DNA of 64,000 nucleotides from Macrostomum lignano (GCA_002269645.1 NIVC01001330.1:62001-126000); one strand, 5' to 3'; shown: positions 13,101 to 26,400, counted from the first letter of the stretch. Notes: generated from the sequence alone by a model not told the origin. Program-made: numbers and translations.

Positions 13101-15567
13101 TAATGTTCAGCGTTTTCTAGAGACATTTAGCTCTAATCTGCCCTCTTTCCTATTTAATCGCAATGAAACTCTTTCCTAGAAACACCCAATCTCTATGTAC
13201 ACTCTTTCCTAGAAACACTCAATCTCCATGTACACTCTTTCCTAGAAACAGCCAACCTCAATGTACACTCTTTCCTAGAAACACCCAACCTCAATGTACA
13301 CTCTCCTAGAAACACTCAATCTCAATGTACACTCTCCTAGAAACACCCAATCTCAATGTACACTCTCCTAGAAACACCCAATCTCAATGTACACTCTTTC
13401 CTAGAAACACCCGACCCCAATAAACTCTCCTAGAAAAACAACCGCAGTGTACACTCTTTCCTAGAAAAACCCAACCTCAATGTACACTCTTTCCTATAAA
13501 CACCCAACCTCAATGTACACTCTTTCCTAGAAAAACTCCACCGAAATGCACACTTTTCTAAAAGCAATCAGCCCAAAACACACTCTTTCCTAGAAAACTT
13601 AATCACAATGTACACTGTTTCCTAGAAAAACCCAACCACAATTTGAAATTTCCTAGAAACACAGTCACAAAGTACGCATTCCTAAAAACAATGAACCCCA
13701 ATTCACTCTTCGTCAAAAACACCCGATCCCAATAAACTCTTTCCTAGAAATAAAGTTTTTTCCTAGAAATATCCAACGTCGACGTCGGATGTTCAGTCGA
13801 TCGACGCATGCCAAATTCTCAAAAGCGCACACCCCATTCCACTCACCCCAGAATGGCACCCCAGCCTACATAGTCGGCAACGAGTCTCCAGCCGATCTCG
13901 CAGCCTGTCTCCGCGAGTTCTTCGACATTCCTCCGTCATCTTCCTCGTCAACCAACGCCGAGGTGACAGACGAGCAGCTGGTTGCGGGATTCGTGGAGAC
14001 CCTCTACCAGGCACTCACCTATGAGTTCAAGTCGCTACCCGTCTCTGATGAGGCCCCTGTGTCAGCTTCTGCGGAATTTTCCTATCCAGCTGATTCGCAC
14101 TACTCGCAGCTGTGCTCAAGGCGGATGCAAGAGGAACAACAGCAACAGCAGCAGCAACCCACCCAGCTCAGCATCAACTGTGTGCTGGGCCGAATTCTGT
14201 CTGTTCAGCTGCTTGATCGGCTGGGTATTGATGGCACCCTGTCGCATTATAACCGACTGGTCAAGTTCCTGCAGGACAATGATACCGCTTGGTGAGCTGC
14301 TCTTGTGATTTATGAGAATCTGCACTGAGTGATTCATGAGAATCTATCATGAGTGATTCATGAGAATCTGCACTGAGTGATTCATGAGAATCTGCACTGA
14401 GTGATTCATGAGAATCTATCATGAGTGATTCATGAGAATCTGCACTGAGTGATTCATGAGAATCTGCACTGAGTGATTCATGAGAATCTGCACTGAGTGA
14501 TTCATGAGAATCTGCACTGAGTGATTCATGAGAATCTGCACTGAGTGATTCATGAGAATCTATCATGAGTGATTCATGAGAATCTGCACTGAGTGATTCA
14601 TGAGAATCTGCACTGAGTGATTCATGAGAATCTGCACTGAGTGATTCATGAGAATCTGTCATGAGTGATTCATGAGAATCTGCACTGAGTGATTCATGAG
14701 AATCTGCACTGAGTGATTCATGAGAATCTGCACTGAGTGATTCATGAGAATCTATCATGAGTGATTCATGAGAATCTGCACTGAGTGATTCATGAGAATC
14801 TGCACTGAGTGATTCATGAGAATCTGCACTGAGTGATTCATGAGAATCTGCACTGAGTGATTCATGAGAATCTGCACTGAGTGATTCATGAGAATCTATC
14901 ATGAGTGATTCATGAGAATCTGCACTGAGTGATTCATGAGAATCTGCACTGAGTGATTCATGAGAATCTATCATGAGTGATTCATGAGAATCTGTCATGA
15001 GTGATTCATGAGAATCTGCACTGAGTGATTCATGAGAATCTGCACTGAGTGATTCATGAGAATCTGTCATGAGTGATTCATGAGAATCTGCACTGAGTGA
15101 TTCATGAGAATCTGCACTGAGTGATTCATGAGAATCTGCACTGAGTGATTCATGAGAATCTATCATGAGTGATTCATGAGAATCGGTCATGAGTGATCCA
15201 TGAGAATCGGTCACACCCCCGCAGGGACTGCTCCAAGGGCAGCCTGAAGGACTTCGTGGAGTCGCTGCAGGCGCCGCTGTCGGTGATCCAGTCCGCGCAG
15301 CACTACGAGGCCTATCTGACATCCCTGGTTGCCAAGGACTGCTCAGTCATGCTCACCCTCGCCCCCAGCCGCCTGCCAGCTAGCGAGCTGCCAGACAGCG
15401 TTGCCCACGCCAAGGACCCCGTGTCCGGTCGAGGACTCCTAATGAACCTAGCCATAGTAGACTTGGATCCGAAACCGTTCGATAAAATTCGGTTAAACTA
15501 CAAAGAGGATCTCGAGGCGTTGCGCGGCTTTGATGCGACTGCGGCGAAGAACCACCGGCAGGACTGA
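4127..15567 (+). CDS. IPPK: Inositol-pentakisphosphate 2-kinase, 9 exons, 581 aa
   Basis: Exons 4127-4312, 5998-6060, 7630-7923, 9582-9779, 12571-12660, 12760-12818, 12912-12984, 13852-14291, 15225-15567. All introns are GT-AG with matching phases; total 1746 nt. Motifs: YRGEGN, VLRFRK, LCIELK/VKQGF, CRFCLMQ, YCPCDLFSG, PQNNLRVFKNG, AKDCSVM, IVDLDPKP. Confidence 0.93.
4405..5915. repeat. 20-bp minisatellite GTAGCTGCATCAGGGAGAGG (IPPK intron 1)
   Basis: About 75 copies. Confidence 0.95.
6615..7315. repeat. 20-bp minisatellite GAGATAGATATGAGTAGGGT (IPPK intron 2)
   Basis: About 35 copies. Confidence 0.95.
7944..9544. repeat. Compound 21-bp then 40-bp minisatellite (IPPK intron 3)
   Basis: TGCAGTCTTTGTAGCTTAGAG about 7 copies, then a 40-bp derivative about 36 copies. 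Confidence 0.95.
9934..10360. repeat. 19-bp minisatellite AGTCCTACTCAGCATCTTC
   Basis: About 22 copies, abutting the stop codon of the nested gene. Confidence 0.9.
10376..11545 (-). CDS. Reticulocalbin/calumenin (CREC family) ER-luminal EF-hand protein, intronless, nested in IPPK intron 4
   Basis: 389-aa ORF with an N-terminal hydrophobic signal peptide. EF-hand loops DANRDGKVSRQE, DEDGDGRLNRRE, DSDGDGRVSLAE, DVNKDGYMDAEE, DSNLDGGLSKDE plus a degenerate EF2. C-terminal FAGSAATDYG and HDEL-stop. Confidence 0.93.
   Translation of the reverse strand: MMQLQKLLNLALLLAVLLADRAHSSDDAGQPAPESDSPDSEDFTPEQLAKARSNLDKLFDEKLDANRDGKVSRQELIAWLAEANRQQAARELDETWQAYNLTTDGADSFLDWDSHAARRAASVDTGTASGSEEEKAKAKQQQQAEFQAEVKRAIDEASKETGIDKAGINVGVPQMPPPETPEPTKSTRTEADGGGSEAEHQHRLAVELGRDRRRWEAADEDGDGRLNRREFAAFALAEGAAEGAAAASPAMRRVLALEAMERLDSDGDGRVSLAEFLAGAPAATDPKAPDEDAKNFKDVWDVNKDGYMDAEEMEKMLDYVDSAGPAHSKEAEAEAEAAELADEADRLMKTVDSNLDGGLSKDEVLARLTDFAGSAATDYGSSIGIHDEL
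11601..11625 (-). promoter_or_regulatory. TATA box and CCAAT box of the nested EF-hand gene
   Basis: Minus strand TATAAATAA at 11601-11609, about 56 nt upstream of the ATG, with CCAAT at 11621-11625. Confidence 0.5.
12020..12400. repeat. 49-bp tandem repeat GGACGCTAGTTTAGGAAAAGCCAAGGACTCC...
   Basis: About 4 good copies plus degenerate copies. Confidence 0.85.
13170..13760. repeat. ~33-bp minisatellite ACTCTTTCCTAGAAACACCCAACCTCAATGTAC (IPPK intron 7)
   Basis: Degenerate tandem copies. Confidence 0.85.
14305..15212. repeat. 24-bp minisatellite GTGATTCATGAGAATCTGCACTGA (IPPK intron 8)
   Basis: About 38 copies, two variants. Confidence 0.95.
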
Positions 15568-15634
15568 CTTGCTTTTTTGTTTTTGGATCACAGTTTTTAT
15601 TGAGAAATCGCCCAGTCTTCCCTGATAGCTGCTA

Positions 15635-16140
15635 TCTAGGAATTGTCCCTGAATATTTCTGGGAATTGTCCCTGAATATTTCTAGGAATTATCCCTGAAT
15701 ATTTCTAGGAATTATCCCTAAATGTTTCTAGGAATTGTCCCTGAATATTTCTAGGAATTGACCCTGAATGTTTCTAGAAATTGACCCTGAATGTTTCTAG
15801 GAATTGACCCTGAATATTTCTAGGAATTGACCCTGAATGTTTCTAGGAATTGACCCTGAATGTTTCTAGGAATTGGCCCTGAATGTTTCTAGAAATTGAC
15901 CCTGAATGTTTCTAGGAATTGGCCCTGAATGTTTCTAGGAATTGTCCCTGAATATTTCTAGGAATTGTCCTTGAATGTTTCTAGGAATTGTCCCTGAATA
16001 TTTCTAGGAATTGTCCCTGAATATTTCTAGGAATTATCCCAGAATATTTCTAGGAATGGTCCCTGAATGTTTCTAGGAATCGTCCCTGAATATTTCTAGG
16101 AATTGTCCCTGAATGTTTCTAGAAATTGGCCCTGAATATT
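15635..16140. repeat. 23-bp minisatellite CTAGGAATTGTCCCTGAATATTT
   Basis: About 22 copies downstream of the IPPK stop. Confidence 0.9.
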
Positions 16141-17471
16141 TATAAGAGTTGCCCTAAATTTAAAATGATACAAAATATTTTTTAGTCCTTTTTACAAAGT
16201 ACAATACGTTTGTCTGTTTGCTTGTCATATATTAATAACATTATTATGCCAACAATTATAATATCCATTACATTTTAATGTCATGACACATTTAGAATGC
16301 TCATTACAGATGTTTAAAGATTCAAACCTGGACTATCATTTAACCATAAAAAATTTTTGTCAAATATTGTTGTTTTTTTCTAAATTTCATTACCCAGATC
16401 TTAGGTTATTCCGTATTGAACAGGTCTTTGTTCTAGCTTCAATTTTAAGTCGCAACTCACTACTTGCGCTCCTCATTTGGCTGGCAGTAGTGCATAAAAT
16501 TATTCTAATTTTGTTTTAATTTTTGTCTCTCCTTGCTTTTCAACCGCCCGCCTTCAGCCGTGTGCTAAAAAACAGAGTTGTTTTTTTCAGCAGTTTTTGT
16601 TCCCTATATATATTTTGCTAATAAATATTTCCCCAACTGTTTCAATGCTTTTCTTTGTCAGGAGGTTTTATCACTGAAAACAGATTTTGAGTTTTTTTTC
16701 AAAAATGCTTTGTAATTTATATCCGTTTTATTATTTTTTAAACTTCCACTCGCTTTGGAGTATTCTGCGTCCTCAGCTGACCATTTCCCAACTATGCTAC
16801 TTTTGTCCCCCCAGCTAATATCAGTAGCGTATTGAGGACATTGTATTTTTATCGCAAGGTTTAGTATTATTGTTATGCCTATTTCAGATTGGTTATCAAC
16901 TCTGTCAACCCCTGTTCGACTGAAGCCGCCCCCCTTTTCGGCGTGAATCGTGACGACCTCTGCGTATTAATTCAGTTTTTCCCAGGCTTCAGTTTTAGCG
17001 CCCGGCTTTTCTAACTCAGCTCACTGAAAATTGATCTTTTTAAGCTCGGCCTTCTAATATAAATAATAATAAATAAATGCGTATTGCGGAGTCAGATTGT
17101 GACAATTTGTTTAAAGTGAAACAAAAGAAATTAAATTCTGCTTATGCAGAAAGAGTCTTTCAAGTCTGAGTATATTGTTGTCTGTATTTGTCTGTTTTTG
17201 AGTCTGTAGCTACTACATGTTTAGGGTGGCTTCAATTTCTAACTGTTGTGGGGTGAACACTGCAAATCGATTAATGATAAATTCTAAACTGATTGACAAT
17301 AAGCAAAGCAGATACGAAAGAGAGCAGCTAGGTGAATGAATAAAATCATATTAAATATTTCACAGACTGTTTGCTGAAATAAATAAATATATGCGAAACA
17401 AATGTCTGCCAGCAAGTCTGAGAGAGAGCTGTTGCGGTGAAATGAGAAAACAGAAAAAATGATTTGCGAGT

Positions 17472-20400
17472 TCAGTAGCCGGTGAGCTCGGCAAAGGTCT
17501 GGTCCAGTTCTTCGCTGATGCCCTTGTAGCGTTCCTTCTCGGACAGGAGCTCGTCTGCGGGATGGGGGAATGCAGTTGGTTGAGGTTTCACCAGTTGGGA
17601 CTTTAGGGAAGTGCCAACTTAGCGTGTGGGACTTTGAGGGTGTGGGATTTTAGAATGTGGAATTTCTGGGAATTGGTTTTGATAGTGTGGGATGGGATTT
17701 CTAGGAGTTGAGATTTCAGGGTGTGGGATTTTTGCATGGGTGTGGGATTTGAAGCAGTGGGATTTGAAGGAGAGTGTGGGATTTGAAGCAGTGGGATTTG
17801 AAGGAGAGAGTGTGGGAGTTGAAGCAGTGGGATTTGAAGGAGAGAGTGTGGGAGTTGAAGCAGTGGGATTTGAGGGTGTGGGATTCGAAGGAGAGAGTGT
17901 GGGATTTGAATCAGTGAAAATAGAGGATGTGGAATTTGAGGGTGTGGGAATAGAGGATGTGGGATTTGAAGCAGTGGGATTTGAAGGAGAGTGTGGGATT
18001 TGAAGCAGTGGGATTTGAAGGAGAGAGTGTGGGAGTTGAAGCAGTGGGATTTGAAGGAGAGAGTGTGGGACTTGAAGCAGTGGGATTTGAGGGTGTGGGA
18101 TTCGAAGGAGAGAGTGTGGGATTTGAATCAGTGAAAATAGAGGATGTGGAATTTGAGGGTGTGGGAATAGAGGATGTGGGATTTGAAGCAGTGGGATTTG
18201 AGGGCTTGGGATTTGAAGCAGTGGGATTTGAAGCAGTGGGATTTGAAGCAGTGGGATTCGAAGGAGAGAGTGTGGGATTTGAATCAGTGGGAATTGAGGA
18301 TGTGGGATTTGAGGGTGTGGAATTTACAGCAGTGGGATTCGAGGGTGTGGGATTTGATGAAGAGAGTGTGGGATTTGAATCAGTGGGAATTGAGGATGTG
18401 GGATTTGAGGGTGTGGAATTTACAGCAGTGGGATTCGAGGGTGTGGGACTCCGAGATATCTACAGTACGAGGAACACAGTGAAATTGGTATTTAAAGTGT
18501 CAATGCTAAGATTACGCTCTTACTAAGATAGAATAACTAAACAAAATCAGGTTAATATTTTGCACGTAGCAATATTGTATAAATAAAAATTATTCACACT
18601 TAATAAAATTACCGGTAGCAATCAGTGCAATAAAGCAAACAAAGTTAAAGACTAGCGGCAGGTTAAATGCAGATTGAATTAACAATTTGAGAGTAAACTA
18701 ATTAAAACCAAATAATAATGTATCATAACTTTCCATAATAATTATGATATTTTTGAGTTAGCCAAGCCGTGTTTGAGGTGAACCACCTGCATCTACCTGT
18801 GCTGTAACGCCGCCTAAATGCTCTCAATCTCTTTGTAGTAGCTCTCCAGCTGGCCCTTCAGCTGCAGGAGGCTGTCCTTCTTCTGCAGCAGCTCAACTGT
18901 AGAGATGAGTTCACCGGATTGATGCAGGGTTGAGGTTGAGGCTGGCTTCGAAAACTTCAAATTTTATTTTCATCAACCCAAGAGACAAGGGCGCCAACCT
19001 AAGGGACAGGGGCGCCAACCTAAGGGACAGGGGCGCCAACCTAAGGGACAGGGGCGCCAACCTAAGAGACGGGCGCCAACCTAAGGGACAGGGGCGCCAA
19101 CCTAAGAGACGGGCGCCAAACTAAGGGACAGGGGCGCCAACCTAAGGGACAGGGGCGCCAACCTAAGGGACAGGGGCGCCAACCTAAGGGACAGGGGCGC
19201 CAACCTAAGATACAGGGGCGCCAACCTAAGGGACAGGGGCGCCAACCTAAGGGACAGGGGCGCCAACCTAAGGGACAGGGGCGCCAACCTAAGGGACAGG
19301 GACGCCAACCAATCAAAGAGACAGGGGCGCCAACCTAAGAGACAGGGGCGCCAACCTAAGGGACAGGGGCGCCAACCAACCTAAGAGACAGGGGCGCCAA
19401 CCTAAGAGACAGGGGCGCCAACCTAAGAGACAGGGGCGCCAACCTAAGGGACAGGGGCGCCAACCAATCAAAGAGACAGGGGCGCCAACCTAAGAGACAG
19501 GGGCGCCAACCTAAGGGACAGGGGCGCCAACCTAAGGGACAGGGGCGCCAACCTAAGGGACAGGGACGCCAACCAATCAAATAGACAGGGGCGCCAACCT
19601 AAGAGACAGGGGCGCCAACCTAAGAGACAGGGGCGCCGACCTACAGTGAATCCCGAATCCAACAGGGTCCTATCCACAACTTCTAATTTCCTCCGACATT
19701 TCTCAGTTTCTTTACCTTCGGCCTCATCAAGCTCCTTCTGCATTTGCAGGGCCTCTCGTTCTGCGGTGAGTGCCCTCTGCTCTGCCTGGGGTTGTCAGTT
19801 TGCATGCAGGTTATTGAGATGCGGGATAAAACAAACCATGCACAGTGACAACAAACAGTACTCAACAAAAAAAAATAGTGAGCATGAGGTAGCTGGAATT
19901 TTCAGGTGGTAGCTGGAATTGTCAGGTGGTAGCTGGAATTGTCAGGTGGTAGCTGGAATTGTCGGATGGTAGCTGGAATTGTCAGGTGGTAGCTGGAATT
20001 GTCAGGTGGTAGCTGGAATTGTCAGGTGGTAGCTGGAATTGTCAGGTGGTAGCTGGAATTGTCAGGTGGTAGCTGGAATTGTCAGGTGGTAGCTGGAATT
20101 GTCAGGTGGTAGCTGGAATTGTCAGGTGGTAGCTGGAATTGTCAGGTGGTAGCTGGAATTGTCAGGTGGTAGCTGGAATTGTCAGGTGGTAGCTGGAATT
20201 GTCAGGTGGTAGCTGGAATTGTCAGGTGGTAGCTGGAATTGTCAGGTGGTAGCTGGAATTGTCAGGTGGTAGCTGGAATTGTCAGGTGGTAGCTGGAATT
20301 GTCAGGTGGTAGCTGGAATTGTCAGGTGGTAGCTGGAATTGTCAGGTAGTAGCTGGAATCGTCAGGTGTAGCTGGAATCGTCTGGGGTAGCTGGAATCCA

Positions 20401-23400
20401 GTTCACTTGATTGCACGCACCAAAAGAAAGTACAAAACACCCAAAAACCCTCGCATGCAGCTGAGAAGTATTGTAAACTTTATGGCAGTTTAGCAAGCAA
20501 GCAAAATAATAATCTGGGACTGGGCAGGCACAGCAGCAGTTGAGCACAGTGCTCAGTCGTACCCTCCAGTCGGTCCACCTCGCTCTGCAGCTTGGCAACC
20601 TGCCTTTCGGCCTCTGTGGCTCGCTGCTCAGCCTGAGGTGTTTCGTGCGTTTTTTGTGAGATTGTTAAACACCAACTGCTAGCTAATGTTCGAGTATTTT
20701 AAAGTCTAACCTTTGTTTCTTGTTATTCATCGCCAGGCCAGATCAATCCAAGGTGTTTTAGAGGCATTCCGTTTTTATAGGAGTTATTGCAAAAATCATG
20801 GTTAGTCAAAAAATAATACAGGATTCGATGGTGGAAGATCCATGAAAAAAAGGAGAGGAAAAAATACTGACTGGATGGAGAAGTGAAAGGGAATAGAAGT
20901 CTGGATATTAGGTTTAGAGTAATTTACAGGGGGAAATTATAGGGGAATTTACAGGGGAGCAATTGGGATCAGGGGAATTTACAGGGGAGCAATTGGGATC
21001 AGGGGAATTTACAGGTGAAGAATTGGAATCAGGGGAATTTACAGGGGAGCAGTTGGGATCAGGGGAATTTACAGGTGAAGAATTGGGATCAGGGGAATTT
21101 ACAGGTGAAGAATTGGGATCTGGGAAATTTACAGGGGAGCAGTTGGGATCAGGGGAATTTACAGGGGAACAATTGGGATCAGGGGAATTTACAGGGGAGC
21201 AATTGGGATCAGGGGAATTTACAGGGGAGCAATTGGGATCAGGGGAATTTACAGGGGAGCAATTGGATCAGGGGAATTTACAGGGGAACAATTGGGATCA
21301 GGGGAATTTACAGGGGAGCAATTGGGATCAGGGGAATTTACAGTGGAAGAATTGGGATCAGGGGAGTTCAAAGGGAAGAATTGGAAACAGGGGAATTTAC
21401 AGTGGAAGAATTGGAATCAGGGGAATTCAAAAGAAAGAATTGGGATCAAAGGAATTTCTCTGATTTTAGATAATAAGAAACAGAGTAATTTACAGGGGGA
21501 GAATCAGGATCGAAGGTAATTTACAGGTAGGGGCGGAGAGAATTGGGATCAGGTGAATAAATTTGATGAGAATGGAAGATGTGGAGAATAAAGGAGACGG
21601 TTAGTAAATGTACGTAGTTAAGTTAAGTCTAGGCATAAAAATAAGTTGCCAAGCAGTAATCAGCAATGATGGAAACGCCTGTTCAACCGAGCTGCATGCG
21701 AGAGTCTGGGATAAGAAAATTTGAAGAAAAAAAGAGTACAAGCAGCTACCTCGTCTACTTTGAACTTCAGCTCCTGAATGTGCTTCTCCAGGTGAGTCTC
21801 CTTGCTTGAGGCCTGCATTTTGTTTCAGTTGGGCATGCAAAGAGGATGCTGTGTTTATGGTTTCATGGTGCATTCCATGCAGCTCAAAACAAAGACTGAT
21901 TCTAAAACACGCGCAAAAAAAACAAGCAACCATGGCATGCTGTAGAAATGAATCGGGGGGAAACGCCTGGCCTGGCAACTAAAATCAATATTTTTTGAAT
22001 AAAACAAGTTTTCTGAATGTCTTTCTCGCGACTCATGCAGGCGGGTCTCACGGTCTTGAGTCGTTCGGACAAGTTCCGGATGGTCTCCTCGTAGGACTCC
22101 TCACGCTGGGCGGCTTCCTGCTCAGAGATCTCCAAGGACTTCATGTTGCTGCCGACCACTCGGAGCTCCTCTTCGAGCTCAAGGATTTTGCTGCAGAATT
22201 TGGTTGGATTAGCGGCTTGGGATCAGAGTGGGTTTGGGGATCGGGATGGGGATCAGAGTGGGTTTGGGGATCTAGATTGGGATCAGAGTGGGTTTGGGGA
22301 TCTGGATTGGGATCAGAGTGGGTTTAAGGATCTAGATTGGGATCTGAGTGGGTTTGGGGATCGGGATTGGGATCAGAGTTGGTTTGGGGATCTGGATTGG
22401 GATCAGAGTGGGTTTGGGGGATTGGGATCAGAGTGGGTTTGAGGATCTGGATTGGGATCAGAGTGGGTTTGGGGATCGGGATTGGGATCAGAGTGGGTTT
22501 GGGGATCTGGATTGGGATCAGAGTGGGTTTGGGGATCGGGATGGGGATCAGAGTGGGTTTGGGGATCTAGATTGGGATCAGAGTGGGTTTGGGGATCTGG
22601 ATTGGGATCAGAGTGGGTTTAAGGATCTAGATTGGGATCTGAGTGGGTTTGGGGATCGGGATTGGGATCAGAGTTGGTTTGGGGATCTGGATTGGGATCA
22701 GAGTGGGTTTGGGGGGATTGGGATCAGAGTGGGTTTGAGGATCTGGATTGGGATCAGAGTGGGTTTGGGGATCGGGATTGGGATCAGAGTGGGTTTGGGG
22801 ATCTGGATTGGGATCAGAGTGGGTTTGGGGATCTGGATTGGGATCAGAGTGGGTTTGGGGATCTGGATTGGGATCAGAGTGGGTTTGGGGATCTGGATTG
22901 GGATCAGAGTGGGTTTGGGGATCGGGATTGGGATCAGAGTGGGTTTGGGGATCGGGATTGGGATCAGAGTTGGTTTGGGGATCGGGATTGGGATCAGAGT
23001 GGGTTTGGGGATCTGGATTGGGATCAGAGTGGGTTTGGGGATCTGGATTGGGATCAGAGTTGGTTTGGGGATCTAGATTGGGATCAGAGTGGGTTTGGGG
23101 ATCTAGATTGGGATCAGAGTGGGTTTGGGAATCTAGATTGGGATCAGAGTGGGTTTGGGAATCTAGATTGGGATCAGAGTTTGTTTGAGGATCTGGATTG
23201 GGATCAGAGTTTGTTTGAGGATCTGGATTGGGATCAGAGTGGGTTTGGGGATCTGGATTGGGTTTGAGGATCTGGAGTGGGTTTGAGGATCTGGAGTGGG
23301 TTTGAGGATCTGGATTGGGATCAGAGTGGGTTTGGGGATCTAGATTGGGATCAGAGTGGGTTTGGGGATCGGGATTGGGATCAGAGTGGGTTTGGGGATC

Positions 23401-26400
23401 GGGATTGGGATCAGAGTGGGTTTGAGGATCTGGATTGGGATCAGAGTGGGTTTGGGGATCTGGATTGGGATCAGAGTGGGTTTGGGGATCTGGATTGGGA
23501 TCAGAGTGGGTTTGAGGATCTGGATTGGGATCAGAGTGGGTTTGGGGATCTGGATTGGGATCAGAGTGGGTTTGGGGATCTGGATTGGGATCAGAGTGGG
23601 TTTGAGGATCTGGATTGGGATCAGAGTGGGTTTGGGGATCTAGATTGGGATCAGAGTGGGTTTGGGGATCGGGATTGGGATCAGAGTGGGTTTGGGGATC
23701 GGGATTGGGATCAGAGTGGGTTTGAGGATCTGGATTGGGATCAGAGTGGGTTTGGGGATCTGGATTGGGATCAGAGTGGGTTTGAGGATCTGGATTGGGA
23801 TCAGAGTGGGTTTGAGGATCTGGATTGGGATCAGAGTGGGTTTGGGGATCTGGATTGGGATCAGAGTGGGTTTGAGGATCTGGATTGGGATCAGAGTGGG
23901 TTTGAGGATCTGGATTGGGATCAGAGTGGGTTTGAGGATCTGGATTGGGATCAGAGTGGGTTTGGGGATCTAGATTGGGATCAGAGTGGGTTTGGGAATC
24001 TAGATTGGGATCAGAGTTTGTTTGAGGATCTGGATTGGGATCAGAGTGGGTTTGGGGATCTGGATTGGGTTTGAGGATCTGGAGTGGGTTTGAGGATCTG
24101 GAGTGGGTTTGAGGATCTGGAGTGGGTTTGAGGATCTGGATTGGGATCAGAGTGGGTTTGGGGATCGGGATTGGGATCAGAGTGGGTTTGAGGATCTGGA
24201 TTGGGATCAGAGTGGGTTTGGGGATCTGGATTGGGATCAGAGTGGGTTTGAGGATCTGGATTGGGATCAGAGTGGGTTTGGGGATCTGGATTGGGATCAG
24301 AGTGGGTTTGGGGATCTGGATTAGGGTTTAATGATCAGAATTTAGGATCAGAGTGGCGGTTTCAGATTAAAAGATACAGAAAGTGCGATAATAGAATTCC
24401 AAGTTGCATTTGAGCGGCGAAAACGAGGATTACACCAGGATACAAACATTAAAAACAATTTTTAGGCATTTAGGCGCGAACAATAATCAATAAGCAATAG
24501 TATCAACTCGAGTAACAAACTGACATGTCAACGCAACCATCAGCATGTTTGAATTGTATATGCTCATAAAATTCTTACTCAAAAAGCAACAGGTTATAAA
24601 CATTATTGCAGCATGCCATTGTCGCTTGTTTCCCTTGCTGAAAAGCAGAGATACCTTCTGCGTGTACTTTTGTTGTCCGTCAACGCTTTGAACCTCTGCC
24701 ACCCCCCCCCCTACACCAATAGCTGGTGAGCATGAGAATTTCAGACCTTCTCCTCGCTGTACTGCAACGACCTCAGATTGATGTTCACGATGGTCAGCTC
24801 GTCGCGGAGCTGACGCGCCTTGGCGGTGGCCACAGAGGCGCGTTCCTCGGCCTCGTCCACCTCTTTGTCCACCTCTGAGTAGCGCTTGTACACCTGCTCC
24901 AGTTGGACACGATGCAAGGTTAGTACATCACAGTCAAGCAGAGAATCAAGCATGCAACACTGAATCAGTGTTTAAAAATTTACAAACTGTGTGGTAAACA
25001 AGCGTGTTAGATATGATTAAGTTATTCGCAAAAAAAAGTTTGTTGCCAAAGATGAGGGCATGCGTTGGGCAGGGTAAACGCTTCAGATTCTGCCACTAGG
25101 AAGGACTCTCGGTCACAGATTGAACTCATTCCGAACATTGGATGGGCCTCTCGCTATCTAGATGTAGGCAATGAAGTTTGTTTGCTTCAGCCTGATGTCT
25201 TTGCAAATATTGCTTGCACCAAGGGGCGCCAGCACCAAGGGGCGCCAGCACCAAGGGGCGCCAGCACCAAGGGGCGCCAGCACCAAGGGGCGCCAGCACC
25301 AAGGGGCGCCAGCACCAAGGGGCGCCAGCACCAAGGGGCGCCAGCACCAAGGGGCGCCAGCACCAAGGGGCGCCAGCACCAAGGGGCGCCAGCACCAAGG
25401 GGCGCCAGCACCAAGGGGCGCCAGCACCAAGGGGCGCCAGCACCAAGGGGCGCCAGCACCAAGGGGCGCCAGCACCAAGGGGCGCCAGCACCAAGGGGCG
25501 CCAGCACCAAGGGGCGCCAGCACCAAGGGGCGCCAGCACCAAGGGGCGCCAGCACCAAGGGGCGCCAGCACCAAGGGGCGCCAGCACCAAGGGGCGCCAG
25601 CACCAAGGGGCGCCAGCACCAAGGGGCGCCAGCACCAAGGGGCGCCAGCACCAAGGGGCGCCAGCACCAAGGGGCGCCAGCACCAAGGGGCGCCAGTACC
25701 AAGGGGCGCCAGCACCAAGGGGCGCCAGCACCAACTAGAGGAACCCCCTGCCCCCTTGGCTACGCCCCTAAGTGCGTTCTAATTGTGTTTTTTCGGTTCT
25801 AGCCATAGACAATAACTTGTTGAAACTAATCAAAATCATGCCATATTATACCTGACTTTACAAGTACGTTAGCAGTTGTCACTAACTAAGGCGAGCGGCC
25901 CATCCAGTGTTTTTAAGTATCTGTGCTCTTAAGTCAGCTTCCTTCAAACGCAGCCTCATCACCTCTCGGCGCTCTCAAGACGCGACTCGGCCCGCTCAAG
26001 GTCGCCCTCGGTGATGGCCAGCTTCCTGGCCGCCTCATCGTACTTCCGGTCGGCGTCCTCGGCGATGTACTTGGCCTCTTTGAGCTGCTCCTCCAGCGTG
26101 TTGATTCGCTCATCATCAGCGATGGAGCGGTTCTCAAGCACCTTGCGACCTCTGCGGTGGATTTTGTTTTTAAAATTGGTCGAGTGCAACCTGAGCTAAA
26201 ACTGCGCGGTGTCGTGACGCTGAGCTCAGGTGCAATGAGTTTTTCATCTATCGCAGCCAATTTTAAAGCAGGCAAACCGTTATGGGTTAGAGAGGTAAAC
26301 CTTTGTCTAATTTTATAGCACTTATTTGTTATAATAGATTATTAATAAATAGCATGTCATTACGTTTAACTTAAGATTTTGTTATAAATCGCAAAATCGC

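Noticed and set aside
14261-15322. Long repetitive ORFs (e.g. 14261-15322, 22348-24074, 25065-25802, 41251-42534, 46956-47828, 57743-59474, 62276-63802)
   Set aside because: They are translations of minisatellites, mostly inside introns, often open in several frames; there is no evidence of coding function.
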